In this document: piece after piece, positions 56,502-64,000 of the stretch
Layout: each line of letters starts with the position of its first letter
Position numbering within the stretch: the stretch's first letter is position 1
Virus record (IMG/VR): IMGVR_UViG_3300035208_002255
Coordinates: 64,001-128,000 of that record
Reading direction: 5' to 3' (one strand)
DNA length: 64,000 nt
Source of the DNA: a virus
Lineage: Duplodnaviria; Heunggongvirae; Uroviricota; Caudoviricetes
Notes under the pieces: generated by a model
Told to the model about the DNA's origin: nothing
The model's input: the letters and a program-made list of their open reading frames with translations, nothing else
Database searches by the model: none
Position numbers and translations under genes: made by a program

Positions 56502-57095
56502 ATGAAAAAGATTTCACTACCTCAAGCGATTACTAGGTTATACACAGGCAAGATAGTTTTTTACCAAGAAGGTAAGATTGTGAGAAAGATGGTTGAGCTT
56601 TCACACCTTGAAATCCTGCGCTCACCGCAAGACCTTGAGGTTCTCAGCCGACGTCTTGCGAAAAGTCAGTTGTCGTTGTTTGATGATAAGTTTGAAAACA
56701 TTGTGTTCTACGAATCAAATGAAACCAATGAAACCAATGAACCTAAACAGGATCGTTCACGGGTGGTTGTTCGTAGGGACATTACGTTTATTGAAGCGAT
56801 GCAACTCAGGCAAGAGAGCATGGGCACCAAGATTTGGTACTTTGATGTTGACACCAGTGATTGGGTTCCATTGGTGGGGAATGTTAATGTAGACAAGTTG
56901 GTAGCGACGAAGTTCAAGGCCGAATTTCACGCCAGATCAATCGTAATTGATATGGTTCCAAGGGTTCCGCCGGCATCCAAGCGCAATGCGTTTGAATTCC
57001 AGAACGAAGAGTTCAACATTTCCATCTATGGGAAGAAGGGAACCATCCCCAATTCTGGGAAGGGAATCCGAGTACAGATTACGGAGATTCTGTAA
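56502..57095 (+). CDS. hypothetical protein
   Basis: 197 aa; RBS AGGAG. Confidence 0.65.
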   Translation: MKKISLPQAITRLYTGKIVFYQEGKIVRKMVELSHLEILRSPQDLEVLSRRLAKSQLSLFDDKFENIVFYESNETNETNEPKQDRSRVVVRRDITFIEAMQLRQESMGTKIWYFDVDTSDWVPLVGNVNVDKLVATKFKAEFHARSIVIDMVPRVPPASKRNAFEFQNEEFNISIYGKKGTIPNSGKGIRVQITEIL

Positions 57096-57097
57096 TT

Positions 57098-57442
57098 ATG
57101 AGCACACGATCTGATGTAGGTATTGCGTGCAAGCCCAAGATTCAGGAACAAATCGACATCCTTTTCCCATGGATAAAGGAGGCTGCCGATGACATGACCT
57201 TCAACGATGAAGGAACACTATATCATATCACTGATATCAAGTGGTATGAAATGGATGGTGGGGATGTTGAGCGCTTCTACAAGTGGTTGAAGACGCAAAA
57301 CCATGATGACTTCATTGTTGTGGAAGCGTGTCACGATTATCCGTCCACAGAATCCAGCAGTGGTGACCTAGGATCCTGGACAGAAAATCCCTGGAACGTT
57401 CGCAAAGCGGTTCATGTATCTATTAAGTTCAACGAGATATGA
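57098..57442 (+). CDS. hypothetical phage protein
   Basis: 114 aa; IKWY motif. Confidence 0.7.
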   Translation: MSTRSDVGIACKPKIQEQIDILFPWIKEAADDMTFNDEGTLYHITDIKWYEMDGGDVERFYKWLKTQNHDDFIVVEACHDYPSTESSSGDLGSWTENPWNVRKAVHVSIKFNEI

Positions 57443-57445
57443 AAG

Positions 57446-57799
57446 ATGAATAACAAGGATTTTACAAAGTTGGTACAACCGCTTTGCCAAGAAACTCCTA
57501 AGGTTCCCAATAGGCGCAGATTGGTTGTGCTCGCATTCAACTGGTCTACCAACCTTGATTACGGGATAGACGCTTTCGTGTTCGACACGGAAGCCAAGTG
57601 TATTACTAAGCTTGTTGAGGTGATGAAGAAATTCAAAGATGACAGGTCTTTGGATACCGCACTACAACATGCTGAACGAAATGAAATCAACGAAGCGTTG
57701 CAAGTACTTGATACATGGTGTGAAGAGTACTCATCAATGTGTGGAGAGTTTACGTATCTAATTAAGGATGGCAATCATGAAGGCATATGCCGTACATGA
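57446..57799 (+). CDS. hypothetical protein
   Basis: 117 aa. Confidence 0.6.
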   Translation: MNNKDFTKLVQPLCQETPKVPNRRRLVVLAFNWSTNLDYGIDAFVFDTEAKCITKLVEVMKKFKDDRSLDTALQHAERNEINEALQVLDTWCEEYSSMCGEFTYLIKDGNHEGICRT

Positions 57800-57980
57800 T
57801 CTGAGTACACTCAAGCGATTCATTCAACAGTTCGATCATTGTGGAACAAACTACAAAACCTTGGATGAGTTCTTCGAGGATAATCCAGATGCTGTTGAGG
57901 TTGTAGCTGATTGGATCGAAGAAAATCTAACGGAACAAGACGACGAAAACGAAAACGAAGAAGAGGCCGACAATGAGTAA
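57768..57980 (+). CDS. small acidic protein
   Basis: 70 aa. Confidence 0.55.
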   Translation: MAIMKAYAVHDLSTLKRFIQQFDHCGTNYKTLDEFFEDNPDAVEVVADWIEENLTEQDDENENEEEADNE

Positions 57981-58209
57981 AGATGACCATTTGGAATTGG
58001 ACGGAGTGATTGAGGACGCGATGGGTGGAGGGCAGTACAAGATCCGCCTGAATGAAAAAACCAAAGACGGACAGACTACATACGTTAGGGCGCAATTGGC
58101 AGGCAAGATGAGGCAGCGCCACATTCGTGTGTTAGCAGGTGACCGTGTTCGGGTGGCTGTGAGTCCATATGATATGACTCATGGGATTCTCACTTGGAGG
58201 TACAAGTGA
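57973..58209 (+). CDS. infA: Translation initiation factor IF-1
   Basis: MSKDDHLELDGVI...GKMRQRHIRVLAGDRVRVAVSPYD..G...RYK. Confidence 0.92.
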   Translation: MSKDDHLELDGVIEDAMGGGQYKIRLNEKTKDGQTTYVRAQLAGKMRQRHIRVLAGDRVRVAVSPYDMTHGILTWRYK

Positions 58210-58409
58210 TTTCGTTTACAACTCTTGCAATCATCTATCTCATCATTGGATTTTTCTACGCCTGTGGTGAGTTGAAGGATCATCCGCCAGCCAGAAGGTC
58301 TAACAACACTCCAGACATTCCTGTTATAATTACAGCTGGCGTGTTGTTTGTGTTTACTTGGATTGGTTTTGTGTTAGTCAAGGCAATTTTTGGAGGTCCA
58401 AAAAAATAA
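58194..58409 (+). CDS. small membrane protein
   Basis: Two TM segments. Confidence 0.5.
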   Translation: MEVQVISFTTLAIIYLIIGFFYACGELKDHPPARRSNNTPDIPVIITAGVLFVFTWIGFVLVKAIFGGPKK

Positions 58410-58537
58410 ATGTCTAACGTTCGCAAACTGCTCCGGGTTATATTACTCGGAGCGGTTGTGTTGTTACCTGGGGGATTCTTAATAGCTGTAGTTATTCTTA
58501 GAAGGTGGTGGGGACAAGTTACAGCCAAGGATATCAA

Positions 58538-59080
58538 ATGAAATACAAAAACAAAAACATCAAGCGGTACTTCAATGTAGTCAAACGGGCATTGTTCCGA
58601 AGTACATCGAAACTTAGTTACCAAAGAACACTACAAGCTATTGAGCGATTGGCTGAGGTTGTTCATAACACGGAAACTGATGAGGACGTATGGTACATGG
58701 GAGAGAGTTCGGAAGCGACGCTTGATGCAGTAATTGTAGGAGCATATTGGTTCCTAGCGGATTACTATGGTGGTCTGGAGTACCGAGTGTATTGCAGACT
58801 TGGCGAGATATTCAAGCCTGGATGTACATCTGGTCCTGAACCTGAGAGTTCTGAGAAAGATGTATATGAAATGCTTGAGCGACTTTACAACGAAGTTCAT
58901 GGGAAATGTTACAAAGTTTGGGTAAATGTTGAGTATTGTAATGATACTCAAGGCGTTTACGAAAATGTATCTACCTTTCCGGTTTGTCTAGGTAAATTTG
59001 ATTCAGCGGAGGAAGCTGATAACTTTATCAAGAACATATCGGGCCAAGATCCTCAAAGTATAGAGAAAACAGATGCCTAG
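58538..59080 (+). CDS. hypothetical protein
   Basis: Likely start MKYKNK; RBS AAGGA. Confidence 0.6.
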   Translation: MKYKNKNIKRYFNVVKRALFRSTSKLSYQRTLQAIERLAEVVHNTETDEDVWYMGESSEATLDAVIVGAYWFLADYYGGLEYRVYCRLGEIFKPGCTSGPEPESSEKDVYEMLERLYNEVHGKCYKVWVNVEYCNDTQGVYENVSTFPVCLGKFDSAEEADNFIKNISGQDPQSIEKTDA

Positions 59081-59264
59081 AGTTAACAAGTACATCTACG
59101 AGACCATCGTCCAGGGATTGTGGTGTGGGCAATGGTCTGATGAATGTGCTGTAGGTTCCTACAGTGAGCGAAAGCAAACATTAAAAGAGTACAAGGAAAA
59201 CTGTCCAGGGACGGCTTTCCGAGTCATTCACCGCAGATCTACAAATCCTGACTACAAATCCTGA
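59073..59264 (+). CDS. hypothetical protein
   Basis: 63 aa. Confidence 0.55.
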   Translation: MPRVNKYIYETIVQGLWCGQWSDECAVGSYSERKQTLKEYKENCPGTAFRVIHRRSTNPDYKS

Positions 59265-59275
59265 AAGGGTTTAAG

Positions 59276-59704
59276 ATGTTAGACAAGCCCAATTGGCGAT
59301 TCATCAAGCGAGATGAGACTAGGTTTTGGTTGCCGAGTTGTAATGCAAGGCGGCTAGGTACTAAACTTGTGGCAACGTATGCTTACAACAAGAACTCATG
59401 TACTCACAATTGTTCTTTAACTCCCGATTACTGGCTATTGTATCTTGGAACGGAAGCTTTTCCGAAAGAAGAGTTAACGGATATCGAACGGGAGTTGATT
59501 GATACAGACATCAGGGAATCCGAAAGTGAAGAGCAAAGCAATTACTTCAGTTGTTCCTATGTGGACAGTATGAAGTCTGAAGCATTGCCGTATGAAATTG
59601 ATATTGACAGAGCGGATTTTGAAGAAGGTGAAGATGGGGACGATCAATACAACAGAGTTGTAGAGGATTGTATTATAGAGCAATATCAAGCTAATCCGTG
59701 TTAA
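59276..59704 (+). CDS. hypothetical protein
   Basis: 142 aa. Confidence 0.65.
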   Translation: MLDKPNWRFIKRDETRFWLPSCNARRLGTKLVATYAYNKNSCTHNCSLTPDYWLLYLGTEAFPKEELTDIERELIDTDIRESESEEQSNYFSCSYVDSMKSEALPYEIDIDRADFEEGEDGDDQYNRVVEDCIIEQYQANPC

Positions 59705-59781
59705 CAAATTAGGATTGGTAATTAAGTAACCAACAATGTTTAACTTTAGATGTGCAACAGTAAGAGAACCAGGAAGGAGAT

Positions 59782-60318
59782 ATGATTAAAAATATTCTAG
59801 TACTGCCAGTACTGCCAGTATTTCTAGCAGTGCTAATGATTCTATTAACGTTTGCGTTAAATTGTTCGGAAACCGATAGTGAAACGATAGTTGTCACCAC
59901 ATTTAAGGAGTACATTCCGCCTATTAAGCCGAATGAATTTCGTATAGAGGGGCTTAATAAAGCCCAAGAGTCCCTAGTTAAGGCTGGTGCTTTAGAATGG
60001 TGCATAGCGTCCGCCGGAGTCTACTGTCCTACTATCGTAGATAGTGGGGCTAGTATCATCCTAGGTGTTGCTCGGTTGTCTTCGGGCAATGGGAGTGGCT
60101 CTGGTAATTGGACTGACCTAGGTGACGGAATTAGTCGTATCGAATTGAATTACTACCAGGATGATGAACACCTATACGTAGGTATCCTACACGAGCTAGC
60201 GCATCATTTTGGATGTACGCATTTCATCGAGGAATCGACAGGACTGCTCCCGCAATGGGTGCGTGACGTCCAAAACATCGGCGTTACGGATGCCGTCGTA
60301 AATTGTCAAAGGTTCTAA
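59782..60318 (+). CDS. Putative lipoprotein with HExxH zincin motif
   Basis: Signal peptide ending ALNC; ILHELAHHFG. Confidence 0.6.
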   Translation: MIKNILVLPVLPVFLAVLMILLTFALNCSETDSETIVVTTFKEYIPPIKPNEFRIEGLNKAQESLVKAGALEWCIASAGVYCPTIVDSGASIILGVARLSSGNGSGSGNWTDLGDGISRIELNYYQDDEHLYVGILHELAHHFGCTHFIEESTGLLPQWVRDVQNIGVTDAVVNCQRF

Positions 60319-60341
60319 ATCATTAAGAGTTCAAGCGAACT

Positions 60342-60617
60342 ATGGAAAAATACGCAAAAATCAAGCGATTCGTAATCGTATACTTCTCAAAGAATTATGA
60401 TGCTTACACACTGTTCCAAACGAACTGGGCAGAGCATCATTACGATACAGCTAAGGAAGCACTCAAGTCCAGGGATTTGTTTGCGGAGTCAGCGAAGGAA
60501 AAGCTTGGGATTGAGGGACTCAAGGTAATTGAGGCAGAGTGTTATCACCATGGGGAGAGTGTGGGTATGGTATTCACTGATGAATACGTTACCGAGCATG
60601 AGGTAAAGTCCCTTTGA
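60342..60617 (+). CDS. hypothetical protein
   Basis: 91 aa. Confidence 0.6.
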   Translation: MEKYAKIKRFVIVYFSKNYDAYTLFQTNWAEHHYDTAKEALKSRDLFAESAKEKLGIEGLKVIEAECYHHGESVGMVFTDEYVTEHEVKSL

Positions 60618-60700
60618 GGCTGCCCGCTGTGAAAGTGCCCGAGCAATCCTTTAGGGTTGCCGGGCCGAGCGGGCAAACCGAAAAAGGGCGAAAGGAAATC

Positions 60701-60988
60701 ATGAAACTAGAGATTGAAAAAGTTCTGGTAGTGTCAACGGTGCACATCACTGAACAAGATAATCATCTTCTACAGATTTCGGCAGATGAAACTATCATAG
60801 TGTATGACTGTGAATACTTCTACCTGATTTATCTTGCGGAAAACATCTTGGAAAGTATTGGTGAGGTGTTCTCGCCTGCTTTTAAAAAGTTGATTGAGTT
60901 TGCAAAGACTCACGAAGAAGGATTCACTCATCTGAAACTTGACCGTGATGGAAACACTCTCGAAGGGTTTGAGGAATTTGATTGGTAG
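60701..60988 (+). CDS. hypothetical phage protein
   Basis: Likely start MKLEIEK; RBS AAAGGA. Confidence 0.65.
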   Translation: MKLEIEKVLVVSTVHITEQDNHLLQISADETIIVYDCEYFYLIYLAENILESIGEVFSPAFKKLIEFAKTHEEGFTHLKLDRDGNTLEGFEEFDW

Positions 60989-60995
60989 GTGAAGT

Positions 60996-61406
60996 ATGAA
61001 AGAACAAGAATGTAAAAGTTCGGGGGCTGTACTAGAGCAGCAAGAGTATAAAAGCGACAAGCTAGAATACGATAATAAGGATCATCTTGATCCTATCTTA
61101 TTATTCACAGCGGTTCAAGGAGTGATTAAAGTAGACCCGAATGTTGAGAAAACAACAACGCAAGAGTACGGAGTTTACTACGTTCCGCAACGTGGAGTGG
61201 GAATGCAAGGATTTGCATTTGATGGTTCCATAGTTTCAATAGCCTTGCGAATCTCTAACATGCAGAGTGTAAGCATTATTCCTGGAGAGATCAGTATACC
61301 GAAAATTGATGTTGATACAATCGTTCAATCCGTGCTCGCCTGGATGAGGTCCTGGATAAAGGGCGAGGAAGATACTGTTAAGAATGAAGATGATGAGGAT
61401 GAATAA
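60996..61406 (+). CDS. hypothetical protein
   Basis: 136 aa. Confidence 0.5.
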   Translation: MKEQECKSSGAVLEQQEYKSDKLEYDNKDHLDPILLFTAVQGVIKVDPNVEKTTTQEYGVYYVPQRGVGMQGFAFDGSIVSIALRISNMQSVSIIPGEISIPKIDVDTIVQSVLAWMRSWIKGEEDTVKNEDDEDE

Positions 61407-61644
61407 CAATACAGCTCAAGGACAGTATAGACACCAAACACACTGTGGTTGGAGTTACTGGAAGGATATAAAAGAGTGTAAAAGCTTTAGACCAGATCAA
61501 GAGTATCAATTTCTTGGAGTGTCTAATATGTCAGCACCTCTTGGACTGGAATATACAGCCGACACAGATTGGAAGCCCTCAGAATTGTGTGAGTTTTCCG
61601 ATGAAAAAACATACAGATTCCGACCACCAGGGTTAAGTGAATAA
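61384..61644 (+). CDS. hypothetical protein
   Basis: 86 aa. Confidence 0.5.
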   Translation: MKMMRMNNNTAQGQYRHQTHCGWSYWKDIKECKSFRPDQEYQFLGVSNMSAPLGLEYTADTDWKPSELCEFSDEKTYRFRPPGLSE

Positions 61645-61664
61645 AATCACATTTTGGTAATTCC

Positions 61665-61961
61665 ATGAGCCAGGTTAAATTCAAAGCGAAGTACAAAGGC
61701 GAAGATGTTGAGGTTGTTACAGGTTGGGATCCTCCGCTTGGGTACTATCACCTAACAATCTTTGACGCTGATAATAAGGCCGTGTTCGATGGGTTTGATA
61801 TTCTCGGGTTCTGTCGAAAATTAAATATGATCAAAGAAGTTATGAATACGTTAGGTATTCAAGTTCCGCCCGAGACATTGGATATTGTTGATCGTCGTGA
61901 AGGAAACGTTGTGTACAACTGGAATGGGGAGCTATCTATATGGACGAAGAAGACCTTGTAG
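61665..61961 (+). CDS. hypothetical phage protein
   Basis: GWDPPLGYYHLTI. Confidence 0.65.
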   Translation: MSQVKFKAKYKGEDVEVVTGWDPPLGYYHLTIFDADNKAVFDGFDILGFCRKLNMIKEVMNTLGIQVPPETLDIVDRREGNVVYNWNGELSIWTKKTL

Positions 61962-62221
61962 ATGATTTCTCGGAAGACTTCCGAGACGATTTCGATGATG
62001 ACGAAGATTTTGACTTGGACTCTGATCCCGATTCTGATTTGATTGATGGTGTAGGATTTGCTAACCCTGGTGGGAATTCAGCACTACGAGCAGCAACTCC
62101 AAACAATCCAAGAAACCAACCTTGTCCTACTTGTGGAGAGCCGAACAGGCTAACCCCAATTGATGTTCAGCTAGGTTATTGTTGTGATGACTGTGCTGAT
62201 GCAGCTGAACGAGGTTGGTAA
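61940..62221 (+). CDS. acidic protein with zinc ribbon
   Basis: CPTCG...CDDCA. Confidence 0.65.
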   Translation: MDEEDLVDDFSEDFRDDFDDDEDFDLDSDPDSDLIDGVGFANPGGNSALRAATPNNPRNQPCPTCGEPNRLTPIDVQLGYCCDDCADAAERGW

Positions 62222-62353
62222 TGGCTTGGTTGTTTTCGTTTTTTAATACAAAGCCGCAAATGACTGGGCGAATACTTAGCTACGATGAGATGATGTCTCT
62301 TATCGAGACTGAGCAATCAAAACGAAAGTTGAGATTTTTATAAAGAAGATACA

Positions 62354-62746
62354 ATGATTGAATACACACATGAATTTTACATTGAGCGAGAAGTAAACGG
62401 TGAAGATGTAGAAACTACTCTTCAAGTTGAGTTGAGTATTGAACCTTTCGTTCGCGGAAAGTACTATGGTCCTCCAGAGAATTGCTTCCCTGATGAGGGT
62501 GGTATAGCAGAAATCAACGGTCCTATCATGGTTCAGAACGAAGATGGTAAGTTTGAACCATGGACTGGAGAATTGACAGACGCTGAGGTTGCCAAGGTAG
62601 AGGAAAATGGGTACGAAGCCTGGGAGCAAAACACAGCTGAAGCTGGTATCGATGAAGAAGATGACTACGATGTTCTCGATTTCGATGATGACTTTCGAGA
62701 TGACCGAGCGATTGCGCTAGCTGGTGGTGGTAAGGTGTTCTACTAA
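62354..62746 (+). CDS. hypothetical acidic protein
   Basis: YGPPENCFPDEG. Confidence 0.65.
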   Translation: MIEYTHEFYIEREVNGEDVETTLQVELSIEPFVRGKYYGPPENCFPDEGGIAEINGPIMVQNEDGKFEPWTGELTDAEVAKVEENGYEAWEQNTAEAGIDEEDDYDVLDFDDDFRDDRAIALAGGGKVFY

Positions 62747-63246
62747 TGGGTTGGACATTCTTGCACGAAGCGAGAGAGAAGCAACAAGTTATCGAGGCAT
62801 GTGTAAAGAGTTCTGCCACACTCAAATGTGTGAAGAAGGCGGTTCACGGAAATCATTTGTGGACCATTTTTGAGAACTCTGTTACCAAGAGTAAGAGCAT
62901 TGTTCTTTTCTTGCTAGCCAAGAGCCAGGGGTGTTGGGGATACAAAGACATGACGGAACACATGGGGCCGCATTATTACGACTGTCCTGTGTCGTTCTTG
63001 GATGAAGTTCCTGAACCTGACAGTCCATACTCAGCAGGTTGGCGAGAGGGTGTGCGAACCTACCATGCTAAGGAGAAAGAGCGTAGGACGCATCTGAAAA
63101 ACCTAGCGGTTGGGAGTATGATCAAACTGATGGACGGGTACAAACCGAACGTTCTTCGAGTTACATCTCTCAATCCTCTCCGGGGTACGTCTAGCGAAGG
63201 TGATTTATACAGGATTCCGAAAACAAGAATTGCGGAGGTGATGTGA
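62746..63246 (+). CDS. DUF6927-like protein
   Basis: WGYKDMTEHMGPHYYDCP...WREGV. Confidence 0.65.
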   Translation: MGWTFLHEAREKQQVIEACVKSSATLKCVKKAVHGNHLWTIFENSVTKSKSIVLFLLAKSQGCWGYKDMTEHMGPHYYDCPVSFLDEVPEPDSPYSAGWREGVRTYHAKEKERRTHLKNLAVGSMIKLMDGYKPNVLRVTSLNPLRGTSSEGDLYRIPKTRIAEVM

Positions 63247-63412
63247 TGTTTCCAAATAACTTCAACGATTTCGATAAGCGTTTCGACCAACACTTCACGC
63301 AGACACAAAAGACTGTAAACACGATATTTCGGTTTGCGATTGTTATTGGTGTTTTGAGTGTAGGCTTTATCGTCGCGGTCATCTACTTCCTTATTAAGTT
63401 GGCAGGTGCACT

Positions 63413-63745
63413 ATGAATCAATGTCCAAAATGTGGAATGTATTGTACTGATGTTGCTACACACTGTGATTGTGGAGAGCCTCTAAAGACAAGCTCATCAG
63501 GTAGTTCCAATCGCATTCGTACCAAAAAGTATTTGACAGCCTATACGGTTGCCAATGTAATCAAATGTATTGGTGTCCTGATTGGTGTGGGTGCGGCGAT
63601 TGTTCTTGTCTATGGATTTCTAAACGACTTTCCATGGATATTCAATCTATCATCTATTGGTGGTATCTGGATTGGTTTGGTAACAATCGCAGGTGCTCAA
63701 GTTATGGAAGCAATTCTTGATATCGGAAACAATACAGCTAGGTAA
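63413..63745 (+). CDS. zinc-ribbon membrane protein
   Basis: CPKC...CDCG plus two TM segments. Confidence 0.65.
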   Translation: MNQCPKCGMYCTDVATHCDCGEPLKTSSSGSSNRIRTKKYLTAYTVANVIKCIGVLIGVGAAIVLVYGFLNDFPWIFNLSSIGGIWIGLVTIAGAQVMEAILDIGNNTAR

Positions 63746-63771
63746 GTAAACCGGGGCGAAGAGTCTAAATC

Positions 63772-64000
63772 ATGATTAAAGAAATTGACAATTATACTAA
63801 ACGAGTTTCTGATTTGTGTGAGTTTGTGAAGGGTAATGAAGAAGCTACGAAGCAAAGTCTTGTTATTCCACTCTTCACGATACTTGGATATGACATGACT
63901 GACCCTCGGCAATGTATTCCGGAATACAAAGCCGACTTTGGAAAAGGCAGATCAACAAAACCTGTTGATTGGGCAATCTTTCATAACGGTGCTCTCGGTA
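63772..64000 (+). CDS. Type I restriction HsdR N-terminal-like domain protein (runs off right edge)
   Basis: NEEATKQSLVIPLFTILGYD...PEYKADFG...VDWAI. Confidence 0.75.
   Translation, partial: MIKEIDNYTKRVSDLCEFVKGNEEATKQSLVIPLFTILGYDMTDPRQCIPEYKADFGKGRSTKPVDWAIFHNGALG

Noticed and set aside
60670-60695. c-di-GMP-I riboswitch (GGGCAAACC...GG.CG.AAAG resemblance)
   Set aside because: The P1 hairpin is too short and the second hairpin is absent; the start codon follows immediately.
1-64000. Stop-codon reassignment
   Set aside because: Recognisable genes are full length in the standard code, and TAA, TAG and TGA all end genes.
1-64000. tRNA or rRNA genes
   Set aside because: No cloverleaf with a T-loop consensus or rRNA-like tract found by eye; a tRNAscan run would be needed to be sure.

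Overview
Gene-dense segment of a large bacterial dsDNA phage (jumbo-phage-like, standard genetic code, Shine-Dalgarno sites). No capsid, tail or terminase genes were recognised. The left arm (1-38.5 kb) is almost all minus strand and carries metabolic and anti-defence genes: PhoH with an intein, Pth2, Nudix, ADP-ribosylglycohydrolase, transglycosylase, NAMPT with an intein, NadM-Nudix, CoaD, Tpt1/KptA, PNKP and a SpoT-like HD protein. A repeat-rich divergent region at 38.5-46.4 kb is followed by a plus-strand arm of small, mostly unknown genes plus IF-1 and an HsdR-N domain gene. The standout observations are: (1) 11 paralogues sharing the N-terminal tag MK(I/V)RxGF(V/I)SNSS(S/T)(S/T)SF, seven in tandem just downstream of a SPASM/twitch radical SAM gene; (2) a split RlmN-like radical SAM enzyme lacking the resolving Cys, with its AACGQL catalytic-Cys motif on a separate 46-aa peptide; (3) a type II hammerhead ribozyme candidate; (4) several families of non-coding repeats, palindromes and an over-represented 10-mer. 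All family assignments are from motif recognition by eye; no database searches were run.
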